Origin: Candidatus Omnitrophota bacterium
GTDB taxonomy: Bacteria > Omnitrophota > Gorgyraeia > Tantalellales > Tantalellaceae
Direction: 5' to 3'
Length of the DNA: 64,000 bases
Assembly: GCA_043822245.1 (NCBI GenBank)
Contig: JBDRBY010000001.1
Coordinates: 4,337 to 68,336, forward strand
Below, one piece after another: positions 45,661 to 56,129 of this stretch (positions are counted from its first letter, which is position 1; each line of letters starts with the position of its first letter). A program made the position numbers and the translations under genes. The notes under the pieces are model-generated. The model ran no database searches. It was given only the letters and a program-made list of their open reading frames with translations, and was not told where the DNA came from.

Positions 45661-46518
45661 ATTGCTTTGTCGTGTTTTTTGACGGTTTTTTTTAATTCGA
45701 AGTTCGGACTCTTCTTCTTGTTCCTGCATCATTTTTCGCAACTTTACCATACACGCCGCTTCTATCTGCCTTACTCTTTCCCTGGTTATCCCAAAATTTT
45801 TCGCGGTGTCTCTCAGGGTATAAGAAATACCATCTTCTCCCAAACCAAAGCGAAGAGCAAGAATTTTCTTTTCTCTATCCGTCATTTTCTCCAACAAGCC
45901 GCTAATTCTCTCATGAAGAAGAAATTTGGAAAGTTCGTCGACAGAGTTGACAATATTCTCATCTTCAATGAGGTCCATAAATTCCGAATCTCCGGACTCT
46001 CCTATCGGCGCGTTTAAACTGGATATGCTTGAGGCCATCCGGCTAAGCTGGCGCACCCGCAGTACCGGCATTCTCATTTTTTTAGCAATATCACTCACTT
46101 GCGGAGTTCTTGCCATTTTCTGCAAGAGATGTTTCTTTACCTTATTAAACCTCATCAACATTTCCATTACATAAACCGGAATGCGGACTGTCTTTCCTTG
46201 GTTCGCGACCGCCCTCGTAATAAACTGTTTAATCCACCACGCCGCGTAAGTACTAAAACGGTACCCTTTATCAGGATCGAACTTGATCACAGCTTTCATC
46301 AAGCCTAAATTCCCCTCCTCTATTAGATCCAGCATAGGAACACCTAAATAACTGTATTTTTTGGCAATATTGATCACTAAACGAAGGTTGCTGTTGATCA
46401 TCCTCTGGCGGGCTTTTTTACTGCCTTTTTTAATCTTGTATGCCAGTTCTTTTTCTTCCACCGCCGTAAGAAGTGGCAGGTCGCGTATGTCCTTTAGATA
46501 AAGTTTTATCGCATCCAT
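45655..46518 (-). CDS. RNA polymerase sigma-70-family factor (regions 1.2-4; RpoD/RpoS-like, 287 aa)
   Basis: Region 2 (DLIEEGNLGLMKAVIKFD...FSTYAAWWIKQ), region 3, region 4 (LRDTAKNFGITRERVRQIE). The ATG at 46518 has no SD and is directly preceded by (ATAACTG)x4. Confidence 0.8.
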
Positions 46519-46711
46519 AGTTCAGTTATCAGTTATCAGTTATCAGTTATCATGTACAACCCACAAAACCTCAAACCAACCACCGATACATTTCCCTCCT
46601 TCTTTTTCAGTTATCAGTAAACAGTCATCAGTTAGCAGTATTCAGTGGAGAGTTAACAACCATCGATAAACAACAAAGCGCTAATCTCTGGTAACTGATC
46701 GCTGGTAACTG
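46519..46711. repeat. 193-bp intergenic region built almost entirely of drifting heptamer repeats: (ATCAGTT)x4 ... (NNNCAGT)x7 ... (TGGTAAC-like)x4
   Basis: Read directly, in 7-bp register: atcagtt atcagtt atcagtt atcagtt ... tttcagt tatcagt aaacagt catcagt tagcagt attcagt ggagagt ... tggtaac tgatcgc tggtaac tgttaac. Confidence 0.75.
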
Positions 46712-49450
46712 TTAACTAAGCACCGCCTGCGCGGCCGCGAGCCTCGCGATAGGCACACGAAATGGAGAACAACTTACATAATCCATACCCGCGTCATAGC
46801 AGAATTTGATAGAATCAGGGTCTCCTCCATGTTCGCCGCAGATACCTACTTTAAGGCCCGGACGCGTTTTCCTGCCGCGTTTTATACCCATTGTAACAAG
46901 CTGCCCAACACCTTCAATGTCTAAAGATTGAAATGGATCTTTATCAAGTATTTTTTTATCCAAATAAGGTGCTAGAAAAGAGCCCATATCATCTCTGGAA
47001 AACCCAAAACTCATCTGCGTAAGATCGTTCGTCCCGAACGAGAAAAACTCAACCTGCTTAGCTATTTTATCCGCGATTAAAGCGGCTCTTGGAATCTCTA
47101 TCATTGTGCCAACCATAAAATTGAGTTTTTTAATTTTATATTTGGCCTTGGTTTCTTCATAAACGCGGTCAACAATCGCCCGTTGATCGCCTATTTCCAT
47201 CTCGCTTCCAACAACCGGAATCATTATTTCGGGAAGGACGGTCCTGCCAGCTTTAACGAGTTCCGCCGAAGCCTCCAGTATGGCCCTAACCTGCATTTCC
47301 GTAATCTCGGGGTACGTAACGCCAAGCCTGACACCGCGGTGCCCCATCATCGGATTACTTTCTTTGAGAAGCGCGACACGTTTTGCAAGGCTTGCCATAT
47401 CCACGCCTAAACTTTTTGCCAGCACCTCCAACTGATCTTTCTGATGCGGCACAAACTCATGCAAAGGTGGATCCAAAAGCCGTATTGTCACAGGAAGCCC
47501 GTCCATCGCTTCAAGCGTACCCTTAATATCGGCCTTTACATAAGGAAACAGCTCATTAAGCGCGGTTTGTCTCTCGCTGACTGATTTCGAAAGTATCATC
47601 TTACGGAGTAAAAAAAGCGGTTGTTCCGCGCCTTCTCCGTAAAACATATGCTCAGTCCTGAAAAGGCCTATACCTTCCGCCCCAAATTCACGCGCTTTTT
47701 TTGCATCCTTCGGAGTATCAGCGTTGGTACGTACCTTTAATTTTCTGATGGAATCGCAAATTTTCAGGTACTTGTCCAATACCATATTTTCTTTTGTGGC
47801 ATCAATCATTGGAAGCACGTCTTTGTAAACAAGGCCTTTTGTCCCATTGAGCGTAATCCAATCACCCTCTTTGAGGACAACGTTTCCAACTTTAACAGTT
47901 TTTTCAGCATGGCTGATTTCGAGGCTAGAGCATCCAACAATACAGCATTTTCCCCAGCCGCGAGCGACAAGCGCGGCATGCGAGGTCATGCCTCCACGGC
48001 CGGTAAGGATTGCCTGCGCCGCTCTCATGCCCTCTACATCTTCGGGATTCGTTTCCTGCCTGACAAGAATAACTTTTTTACCGGCCTTTGCCCATTCCAC
48101 AGAACTCTCTGAATCAAAAACAATCATACCGGAAGCTCCTCCCGGCCCTGCAGGTAGCCCTTTAGCTAGGGGAGTGTTCTTTTTCTCTTCCACTGGATCG
48201 ATAATAGGATGTAAAAGCTCATCCAGTTGCGAGGGCTTTACTCTTACAACCGCTTCCTTATTCGTAATAAGCTTTTCCTTCACCATATCAACCGCCATCT
48301 TAACAGCCGCGGGCCCATTCCGTTTTCCCACGCGCGTCTGCAAAAGAAAAAGCCGGCCTTCCTCAATAGTAAACTCGATATCCTGCATATCACGATAATG
48401 TTTCTCAAGCCTGGCTTGTATCGAATGTAATTCTTTGTAGATTTTCGGCATACAATCCTTCAGCATAACTTCATGTTTATTTTGGTCATTCTGAGAAGCT
48501 TCATTAATCGGCGCGGGCGTCCTTGTCCCTGCTACCACATCCTCTCCCTGCGCGTTGATTAGGTACTCACCATAAAAGTTATTGTCCCCATTCCCCGGAT
48601 TGCGGGTAAACGCGACTCCGGTAGCTGAATTTGTCCCCATGTTTCCAAATACCATTGCCTGAACATTTACCGCGGTACCCCATTCATGAGGAATGTTTTC
48701 TATCCGGCGGTAAGATATCGCTCTTTTGCCGTTCCACGAAGAAAAAACAGCGCCTATCCCACCCCATAACTGTTCACAGGCATCATCCGGGAATTCCTTC
48801 CCCAAAACCTCTTTAATCTTTTTTTTGTATTTCACGCAAATGTCCTTTAGATCGCCCGCATCAAGTTCGGTATCAAGTGTAACGCCCTTCTCTTTTTTCT
48901 TTTGCCCCAAAATCTTTTCAAGTTGATGGCGTATTCCTTTATTCTCTCCAGGCTCAATGCCAGCGGCTTTTTCCATAACCACGTCCGAATACATTGTTAT
49001 AAGCCTGCGGTACGCGTCATAAGCAAAACGTTCTTTTCCGGTTTTTTTAATTATTCCAGCGAGGGTTTTTGTTGTAAGGCCCACATTGAGCACAGTTTCC
49101 ATCATCCCAGGCATTGATTGCCGCGCCCCTGACCGCACAGATACTAAAAGCGGATTTGCTTCATTATCGAACTTTTTACCCATAACTTTTTCGACCTTTT
49201 TCATCGCGGAATTAACTTCCGCCTTGAGCTCTTTCGTATACTTACCACCATTCTCATAAAAATGAGTACACACTTTTGTGGTTATTGTAAATCCGGCAGG
49301 CACAGGAAGTTTAAGGCCAGGATGTCCGGCCATTTCTCCCAAGTTAGCGCCTTTACCGCCCAAAAGATTTTTCATACTTCCTTTCCCATCCGCGTGAGCA
49401 TTTCCGAAAAAATACACATTCTTTTTACCTTTCGCTGTCCCTTTTGTCAT
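46712..49450 (-). CDS. ppdK: Pyruvate, phosphate dikinase
   Basis: ATP-grasp N-terminus (GGKGANLGEM), the phosphohistidine domain and the PEP-utilising C-terminal domain; 912 aa. Confidence 0.9.
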   Translation of the reverse strand: MTKGTAKGKKNVYFFGNAHADGKGSMKNLLGGKGANLGEMAGHPGLKLPVPAGFTITTKVCTHFYENGGKYTKELKAEVNSAMKKVEKVMGKKFDNEANPLLVSVRSGARQSMPGMMETVLNVGLTTKTLAGIIKKTGKERFAYDAYRRLITMYSDVVMEKAAGIEPGENKGIRHQLEKILGQKKKEKGVTLDTELDAGDLKDICVKYKKKIKEVLGKEFPDDACEQLWGGIGAVFSSWNGKRAISYRRIENIPHEWGTAVNVQAMVFGNMGTNSATGVAFTRNPGNGDNNFYGEYLINAQGEDVVAGTRTPAPINEASQNDQNKHEVMLKDCMPKIYKELHSIQARLEKHYRDMQDIEFTIEEGRLFLLQTRVGKRNGPAAVKMAVDMVKEKLITNKEAVVRVKPSQLDELLHPIIDPVEEKKNTPLAKGLPAGPGGASGMIVFDSESSVEWAKAGKKVILVRQETNPEDVEGMRAAQAILTGRGGMTSHAALVARGWGKCCIVGCSSLEISHAEKTVKVGNVVLKEGDWITLNGTKGLVYKDVLPMIDATKENMVLDKYLKICDSIRKLKVRTNADTPKDAKKAREFGAEGIGLFRTEHMFYGEGAEQPLFLLRKMILSKSVSERQTALNELFPYVKADIKGTLEAMDGLPVTIRLLDPPLHEFVPHQKDQLEVLAKSLGVDMASLAKRVALLKESNPMMGHRGVRLGVTYPEITEMQVRAILEASAELVKAGRTVLPEIMIPVVGSEMEIGDQRAIVDRVYEETKAKYKIKKLNFMVGTMIEIPRAALIADKIAKQVEFFSFGTNDLTQMSFGFSRDDMGSFLAPYLDKKILDKDPFQSLDIEGVGQLVTMGIKRGRKTRPGLKVGICGEHGGDPDSIKFCYDAGMDYVSCSPFRVPIARLAAAQAVLS

Positions 49451-49467
49451 TGTCTTTCCTCTCCTTT

Positions 49468-49545
49468 TTTCAACCGTCCGCTGTCCGCCGCCCGCCTATG
49501 AGCGACTAGCAACTAGCGACTATGCACCCAACCTACTATCCACAT
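49468..49545. repeat. Heptamer arrays (CCGTCCG CTGTCCG CCGCCCG) and (GCGACTA GCAACTA GCGACTA) between ppdK and glyQS
   Basis: Read directly. Confidence 0.65.
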
Positions 49546-50824
49546 ATTCCTTAAGCTGCGAGGAGCTTACACGCTCCTGCTTCATCGTGTCCCGTTCTCT
49601 CACGGTAACCTTATCATCACTTAAAGAATCAACATCCACTGTAACACAATAAGGTGTTCCTATTTCATCCTGCCTGCGGTATAGCCTCCCTATCGCCGCG
49701 GTATCATCATAAACTACTCGATAATTATCCCTCAAATCATCTCTCAGTCTTTTTGCCATCTCTACTATCTCCGGCCGATTTTTAAGAAGCGGAAAAACCG
49801 CTACTTTGATCGGAGCTAAACGTTTATCTATAGAAAGATAAACCCGTTTTCTATCATTAACCGTCTCTTGCCGAAACGCGTCAACAAGAAACGCGAGAAC
49901 TGCCCGGTCCACGCCGCCTGAAGGCTCTATTACATAAGGGGCGTATCTTTCACCTGTATTCTCGTCGAAATATTGAAGCCCTCCCCCACTTAATTTAGAA
50001 TGTTGCCGGAGATCGTAATCCGTTCTATTGGCAATCCCTTCTAATTCAGACCAGCCCATCGGAAAAAGAAACTCAATATCATGACATCTCTTCGCGTAAT
50101 GCGCGAGTTCATCTTTTTTATGTTCTCTCAGCCTTAAGTTTTCTTTCCTTATTCCAAAAGAATGGTACCAATTTAAACGTTCACCTACCCAATAATCATA
50201 CCACTTGTCATCTTCTCCAGGCTTAACAAAAAACTCTAATTCCATCTGCTCAAACTCCCGGCTTCTAAAGATAAAATTTCCTGTTGTTATTTCATTACGA
50301 AAAGCTTTTCCTATCTGAGCCACGCCAAACGGCAGTTTACGGCGACTGGAGGTGAGGATGTTATCAAAATTCACAAATATTCCCTGCGCGGTCTCAGGCC
50401 TTAGATAAACATCCATTGAAGAGCCTTCTACTGAACCTACCCGCGTTTTAAACATGAGATTAAAACTCTTAGGTTCAGTAAGGGCCCCACCGCACTCCGG
50501 ACACTTCTTTTCTTTAAGATGATCTATTCTAAACCTCTTCTTACAATCTTTACAATCTACCATTATGTCCGCGAAAGATGTGACATGGCCCGACGCCTTC
50601 CAAATTTCCGGATTCATAAGGATAGATGAATCCAGCCCCTCAACATCGTTACGATTATAGACCATACTCCTCCACCACTGATCTTTTACCTGCTTTTTCA
50701 GTTCAACACCAAGCGGGCCATAATCCCACACACTGCCTATTCCCCCGTAAATCTCGCTACTCTGGAAGATAAAACCACGGCGTTTACAAAGATTCGCTAT
50801 GTCCTTAAGAGTTACATCATTCAT
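49520..50824 (-). CDS. glyQS: Glycine--tRNA ligase (alpha2 type)
   Basis: Class II aaRS motifs and N-terminus MNDVTLKDIANLCKRRGFIFQSSEIYGG; ATGA overlap with recO. Confidence 0.85.
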   Translation of the reverse strand: MNDVTLKDIANLCKRRGFIFQSSEIYGGIGSVWDYGPLGVELKKQVKDQWWRSMVYNRNDVEGLDSSILMNPEIWKASGHVTSFADIMVDCKDCKKRFRIDHLKEKKCPECGGALTEPKSFNLMFKTRVGSVEGSSMDVYLRPETAQGIFVNFDNILTSSRRKLPFGVAQIGKAFRNEITTGNFIFRSREFEQMELEFFVKPGEDDKWYDYWVGERLNWYHSFGIRKENLRLREHKKDELAHYAKRCHDIEFLFPMGWSELEGIANRTDYDLRQHSKLSGGGLQYFDENTGERYAPYVIEPSGGVDRAVLAFLVDAFRQETVNDRKRVYLSIDKRLAPIKVAVFPLLKNRPEIVEMAKRLRDDLRDNYRVVYDDTAAIGRLYRRQDEIGTPYCVTVDVDSLSDDKVTVRERDTMKQERVSSSQLKEYVDSRLGA

Positions 50825-51606
50825 AGTTTAACACCTGCCATTTGTATATCATCAAGAAACTTCAATGATTTAACCGGCCTGTCTATATGATACTTCATAA
50901 AGCGGCCAAGAATTTTCTCTGTCTCTTTCCCCACTTCTCTGGAAACTTTGATACCCATTGTTTTTACCATCGGGCTTCTCTGAATGTTACGGATAAACTT
51001 TATTGTCCCCAAAGATATACTTAAATTTGTTCCTCCGTTTTTTTTCACACACATTCCGCATACCAGGCCACCGTCTCGCACACTGAACAGAAAACTACTC
51101 TGGTTGTCTATCTGTGCCGTACAAAGCACGCATCTTTCAAACTCTGGCGCCATACCTAATGCCTTTAAAAATTTCAATTCAAATATCCGAGCCGTACGTT
51201 TAGCACTGGAAGTTGTGCTTAACATTTTAAGGCTTTCGCATAAAACCTGATATAAGTCCTCATTTACATCATAATCATCGCTAACCACATCTACTAATTC
51301 TATAAAATAATTCGCGTATGTCAACCTTTCTATATCTTTTCTTATGGGAAGAAAAAAATCCAAGGCCTCACATTGAGTTATGAGGTCTAGAGTTCTTCTG
51401 TTTTTTTTATAAAAGATCAGCTGACAGCGCGTAAAAATTTCAAAATTTCCGGCAAATTGCGGATACGGTTTTCGTACACCTTTCATTACGCCCTTTATTT
51501 TTCCAAAGTCCTTTGTATACACAACCAGTATGTAACTCGTTTCCCGCAGGAAATATTTGCGCAGAACAACCCCCTCTGCCTTCAAAACGCCCCTACTCCT
51601 ATCCAC
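50821..51606 (-). CDS. recO: DNA repair protein RecO
   Basis: OB-fold N-terminus and Cys4 zinc motif (CVLC...CGMC); 261 aa. Confidence 0.75.
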   Translation of the reverse strand: MDRSRGVLKAEGVVLRKYFLRETSYILVVYTKDFGKIKGVMKGVRKPYPQFAGNFEIFTRCQLIFYKKNRRTLDLITQCEALDFFLPIRKDIERLTYANYFIELVDVVSDDYDVNEDLYQVLCESLKMLSTTSSAKRTARIFELKFLKALGMAPEFERCVLCTAQIDNQSSFLFSVRDGGLVCGMCVKKNGGTNLSISLGTIKFIRNIQRSPMVKTMGIKVSREVGKETEKILGRFMKYHIDRPVKSLKFLDDIQMAGVKL

Positions 51607-51670
51607 TTCTTCACCATCCCCTATCCCCTATTCACTATTCACTATTCACTAACCCCTATTCACCATCCGG
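51596..51670. repeat. Heptamer array (CNCYATY x8: caccatc ccctatc ccctatt cactatt cactatt cactaac ccctatt caccatc)
   Basis: Read directly, between recO and the DUF502 gene. Confidence 0.7.
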
Positions 51671-52282
51671 CGCCACCGAACCTCCGGAAATCACAAGTTT
51701 CATCCCCTCTTCCACGCTCATTTTTAAAAAACATACATCGCTTTTCGGCACCGCCAAAAAAACACCGCTTGTGGGATTCGGCGTAGTAGGGACAAAAACA
51801 TTAACCCCACCGGGACCTATCTCCCCCTTTATCTCGCCTTTCGCGAGGCCTGTGATAAAACCAACCGAGTATAATCCCTTACGCGGATACTCGATAAGAA
51901 CAACTTGTTTAAATATGGTCTTTCCATGTCCAAAAAACGCTGAAAAAATCTGCTTCGCGGCATTGTAAAACTTTCCCATAACCGGCACATTGAGAAGAAG
52001 TCTTTCTCCTAAAACGAAAATTCTTTTAATAAAAATTATTTTCGCGCCCCATCCAAACATGGCTACAGTAAAAACAACGGCACAAAAGATTACAATTCTT
52101 GCCGCGTACACGCGGTAAGGCCCGCTTATCATAGGCGCGAAAAATCCCATTATGGGATCTAGCACCATTTTATTCATCTGCAAAACTAAAAACCTAATAA
52201 GCGCTACTGTTATTATCACAGGCAGTAAGATCACAATTCCATTAATGAAATTTATAAAAAAACCATTCCATACCCTCTTCAT
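51656..52282 (-). CDS. DUF502-family membrane protein
   Basis: N-terminal TM pair and conserved DUF502 core; 208 aa. Confidence 0.55.
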   Translation of the reverse strand: MKRVWNGFFINFINGIVILLPVIITVALIRFLVLQMNKMVLDPIMGFFAPMISGPYRVYAARIVIFCAVVFTVAMFGWGAKIIFIKRIFVLGERLLLNVPVMGKFYNAAKQIFSAFFGHGKTIFKQVVLIEYPRKGLYSVGFITGLAKGEIKGEIGPGGVNVFVPTTPNPTSGVFLAVPKSDVCFLKMSVEEGMKLVISGGSVAPDGE

Positions 52283-52311
52283 AATTGCTCCCGCCTTCTG
52301 GTATCAGGGCA

Positions 52312-53037
52312 TCAACCTATTAACTGAAAAATAAACAGCGTGATTAACGCGCCCAAGACACTTCCTAAGACAACCTGGCCTAACGTATGAATCCGCCCAA
52401 CCATTCGGCTCTTAGCAATACCAAGCGCCATAAATAAGGATAAAAAACTTATCAGAACATTCTCCGCAATAAGCGAAATTATTACCCAGATCGCGAATGC
52501 CACAGCTGAATGCCCGCTGGGCATGCCTCCTCTTAAAAGATGTTTTTCTTTCCTCAATATCTTAATCAACAGTACCAGCCCAACAACCACTAAAAGCACA
52601 ATAAGTGTCACATGCCACGGAGACTGCTTGATTATATGAAAAACTGTGACAACACGGCCTAAAGCGTGCCTCAAAAGCAGTAAATACCCTACAACCAAAG
52701 CGTTAATCGAACTAACAAAAACAGCACCCGCGGATATATCCTTTACTATCTTTACCGTCGGATGATATTCGCCGCTAATAAGATCAACAGCGTGCTCAAT
52801 AACAGTATTTATCATTTCCGCGACTAAAACAAAAGTCACGGCGAAACATAACAGCATAAATTCTACGGCGTTAAAATTTAAATAAATGCCTCCGATTAAA
52901 ACTAAAAACGCCACGAAAAAGTGCAAGCGCATATTACGCTCTGTCTTAAGAGTATGAATTATCCCTTCTAAAGCCGCGTCAACACTGCTAAAAAATCCTT
53001 TATTCTGAAATTTTCCCGATCTTTTGGATAAGTTCAA
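52312..53037 (-). CDS. dgkA: Fusion of diacylglycerol kinase (DgkA) and a PAP2-family phosphatase
   Basis: N-terminus aligns to E. coli DgkA (EMINTVIEHAVD). The C-terminal half carries PAP2 motifs (KxxxxxxRP-like, PSGHS, SRxxxxxH). Confidence 0.65.
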   Translation of the reverse strand: MNLSKRSGKFQNKGFFSSVDAALEGIIHTLKTERNMRLHFFVAFLVLIGGIYLNFNAVEFMLLCFAVTFVLVAEMINTVIEHAVDLISGEYHPTVKIVKDISAGAVFVSSINALVVGYLLLLRHALGRVVTVFHIIKQSPWHVTLIVLLVVVGLVLLIKILRKEKHLLRGGMPSGHSAVAFAIWVIISLIAENVLISFLSLFMALGIAKSRMVGRIHTLGQVVLGSVLGALITLFIFQLIG

Positions 53038-53458
53038 TTTCTTTTCTCCTCATTACAGATCTATCTCTGTTAGTTTTATCTCTGTATCCGTCTAAATGCA
53101 GTATACCATGTATGACATAAAGAAGGGTTTCGTCAAAAAATGTTGTCCGATAGATTTTGGTATTTTTCACGGCTCTGTCCAGGGAAATAATTATATCTCC
53201 CAAAAAGTTACGCTCACAGATTTCTGTGTAGTCTCTTCGAGCACTTCGCGCGGGAAACGCTATCACATCGGTTGAAGTGTCCTTACCGAAATAGACACGT
53301 TTAAACACCCGTATTTTCTGGCTTGTCACCAGCATTATGTTTAATTCCGCATTATTTTTTTTAAGCAATTTTAAAATTTTCTCCGCGGCCAGTTTTAATT
53401 TGGCAAGACTAATTTTTCTTTTGCTGTTTTGGTTTTTGATATTTACCCTTACCATCAT
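53000..53458 (-). CDS. ybeY: rRNA maturation endoribonuclease YbeY
   Basis: HGILHLDGY zinc motif; 152 aa. Confidence 0.8.
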   Translation of the reverse strand: MMVRVNIKNQNSKRKISLAKLKLAAEKILKLLKKNNAELNIMLVTSQKIRVFKRVYFGKDTSTDVIAFPARSARRDYTEICERNFLGDIIISLDRAVKNTKIYRTTFFDETLLYVIHGILHLDGYRDKTNRDRSVMRRKEIELIQKIGKISE

Positions 53459-55664
53459 TGCCAGCCCTTCTATCCTGAGATTTTAAACTGGTTTCAGGAT
53501 AATCTAACCTTGTATGAAAAGTACCAATAAGCACCCGCACAAAACTTTCCGCGATTTTATACATCTCCTTCAGCGTAAGAGCGCAGTCATCAAGCTGTCC
53601 GTCAATAAACTTGTTGTTTATAATCTTCTTTACCAGATTTCTTATGCTTGAAGGAGTGGGGTCATCAAGCGCCCTGCTTGATGCTTCAACGGAATCCGCT
53701 AAAAGTATGATAGCGCTTTCTTTTGTCTGAGGTTTCGGCCCTTCATAACGAAAATCTTCTTCTTTTACGGATACGTCATTCCCCGCTTTTTCCATAGCTT
53801 TTTGATAAAAATAAGATATCAACCCGTCACCATGATGTTGTGTGATAAAGTCAATGATCAATGTGTGAAGTTTGTGTTTTTTGGCTATATCCACGCCGTC
53901 TTTCACGTGTTTTGAAATAATAAGGGCGCTCATAGAAGGCGTTAGTTTTGAATGCCGGGAAGGCGCGCCCATTTCATTCTCGCTGAAATATTCAGCCTTA
54001 GGAATTTTTCCAATATCATGAAAATACGCTCCTACCCTTGCCTGCAGGCTGTTTGCACCAATGGCATTACACGCGGCTTCTGCCAAATTTCCAACCATTA
54101 TGCTGTGATGATAAGTTCCCGGAGCTTCTATGGCCAGCTCTTTTAGTAAAGGATGGTTCAGATCCGAGAGTTCTAAAAGGCTTATATTAGTCGGTACTTT
54201 AAAAAAATACTCAAAAGCTGGTAAAAGCCCCATAACCATAAATCCTGAAAATAGACCGCTAGCCACGCCCCAAATACCGTCTCTTATGTAGTGTTCCGCT
54301 TCTATCTGATTGATTAAACCTATGCATACTATGGCGGTAAATTTCGCTACCCCTGCCAGAAGGCCTGCCCATAAGATGTTCGCGCGCCTCCTCGTATCTC
54401 TTACCGCAAAGATACCAACCATACTGCCTGTCAAAAGCACCAACATGACTTCTATCCCCCCGCCTACCAAAAGGGATATTAGAAGACTTATCACAACGAC
54501 ACTAAGAAACGCCATATTCGCGCCAACAAGAAGCATGATAAGCATGCCCATGCCTGCCATTGGGATGAAATAGCTGGGTTGCGGGGAACGCGTAATAAAA
54601 TCGGAGATAAGAATTATAAAGAACATATTCAGAAGGATAATCGCTATTTCTTTCGTATTTTGCAAAAAATTAGTCTTTCGGATGAAAGAAATATAAATAA
54701 CTGAAATCAACCCTAATAACAAAAATAAAAGAAGTATCCCAATAAAAAATGTCGGAGTAGTCCCCGGTTTAAAAATTCTTCTAAGCTTTGTTATCTGGGC
54801 AAGATGACGCGCGTTTACTCTTTTTCCTTTTTCTATTATAAGTTCGTTTTTTTCCACCTGCCAACTAAGATATGCCGGCTCAACTTTTTTAACAGCGATA
54901 TCTCTTTCTTCACCGGTTCTTTTCTGGTCAATTTTAATGTTGGGCACGGCATATTCTGAAATAACCGCGGTAACGGCCTGCTTTAACCGCCGGTTACCTT
55001 CAAATTGTTCCGGAATACAATCGGATGTGTCAGATTGTATTTTTGTTTTATCTAAAAGTTCTTCCACTTTTTTTTCGCTTGATGAAGAGGCCTCTTCATC
55101 AACCACCACAATTAGATTCGCGTTTTCCTTTTTCAAATAAACTAAATCTTCATCACTTACGCACCCCGCCAAAAAAATCCTTTTAATAATTTCCGCGCTT
55201 TTAGCTTTCAAAGCCAGAGTGTCAGGATACTCCAGCAGGTATTTAAGATTTTTCTCTGAAACTTTTACTTTTAGTTTTTTGTTTAGCACCTCTATTTTTT
55301 CCGCGAGAGGGCTCTCGTTCTCTTTTTCAGCGTCAAGAATGTCAAAAAAATCTTCAAGAGCGAATATGGCCTTTTCCTCAAGCTGTGAATTTCGTTGAAA
55401 AAAATACGGCGCTTTTTGAATCACTGCCTGTTTTGCCTTTTCCATACGTTCTTCATCAATCCCCCAAAAATAGGAAAAATCATAAGGGGCATACACGTTT
55501 CTTAACGCGATATCTCCTTCGTGCACATCCCTTTGATACAACTGCGGGCTTATGAATACACTGTAAAGCGCCGCGGCAAGAAACGCGAGTATGAAAAGAA
55601 ATGAAACTATTTCCTTTTGTCTGGCTTCTTTTATCGCGTCCCGCATTTTACGTATTTTAATCAT
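53409..55664 (-). CDS. pgpH: 7TM-receptor-type HD phosphohydrolase (PgpH/YqfF-like cyclic-di-AMP phosphodiesterase family)
   Basis: An N-terminal extracytoplasmic domain, 7 TM helices and a C-terminal HD domain (HSIMVGNLAEAA...HDIGK). The conserved order is pgpH-ybeY-dgkA. Confidence 0.75.
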   Translation of the reverse strand: MIKIRKMRDAIKEARQKEIVSFLFILAFLAAALYSVFISPQLYQRDVHEGDIALRNVYAPYDFSYFWGIDEERMEKAKQAVIQKAPYFFQRNSQLEEKAIFALEDFFDILDAEKENESPLAEKIEVLNKKLKVKVSEKNLKYLLEYPDTLALKAKSAEIIKRIFLAGCVSDEDLVYLKKENANLIVVVDEEASSSSEKKVEELLDKTKIQSDTSDCIPEQFEGNRRLKQAVTAVISEYAVPNIKIDQKRTGEERDIAVKKVEPAYLSWQVEKNELIIEKGKRVNARHLAQITKLRRIFKPGTTPTFFIGILLLFLLLGLISVIYISFIRKTNFLQNTKEIAIILLNMFFIILISDFITRSPQPSYFIPMAGMGMLIMLLVGANMAFLSVVVISLLISLLVGGGIEVMLVLLTGSMVGIFAVRDTRRRANILWAGLLAGVAKFTAIVCIGLINQIEAEHYIRDGIWGVASGLFSGFMVMGLLPAFEYFFKVPTNISLLELSDLNHPLLKELAIEAPGTYHHSIMVGNLAEAACNAIGANSLQARVGAYFHDIGKIPKAEYFSENEMGAPSRHSKLTPSMSALIISKHVKDGVDIAKKHKLHTLIIDFITQHHGDGLISYFYQKAMEKAGNDVSVKEEDFRYEGPKPQTKESAIILLADSVEASSRALDDPTPSSIRNLVKKIINNKFIDGQLDDCALTLKEMYKIAESFVRVLIGTFHTRLDYPETSLKSQDRRAGNDGKGKYQKPKQQKKN

Positions 55665-56077
55665 TTAACCCACTCTTCTTCCTCTATAACGTTATGTTTG
55701 GCTACTACCGCGGGTTTAACCACCCCTTTGGTCACTTCCAAATCTTTCTTTATTACTTCTTGCGGCAATTCGGTCACTTCAGGGATATTTTGCGAGGCTT
55801 GCTGTTTTTTTAATCGGGGTTGTTTGTCTTTCTTTTTCATGACAAATAAATTTTCATCAAGCTCTACATCTACACCCATAAACGTTCTTGTCGCTTTTTT
55901 ATTACTTTTGGGCGCTTCGGGAACATTTCCCGTCACATACCCTCGATTTCCGTGTATTTTTTGATCCACCCTATCTTCTTCAAACGTGTAAATATCAATT
56001 TTTTTTACCGCGGGATTGGCACATCCTGTCATCGAAAAAACAGCAATCATAGCGAGCATCACAAACATATTCAACAT
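55661..56077 (-). CDS. Lipoprotein, hypothetical
   Basis: Lipobox SMTGC after the signal peptide. Confidence 0.45.
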   Translation of the reverse strand: MLNMFVMLAMIAVFSMTGCANPAVKKIDIYTFEEDRVDQKIHGNRGYVTGNVPEAPKSNKKATRTFMGVDVELDENLFVMKKKDKQPRLKKQQASQNIPEVTELPQEVIKKDLEVTKGVVKPAVVAKHNVIEEEEWVK

Positions 56078-56129
56078 TTCCCCTCCCTTTTGTTTATTGA
56101 GTACTGTCGAAATTTTTTATTCGTACCAA

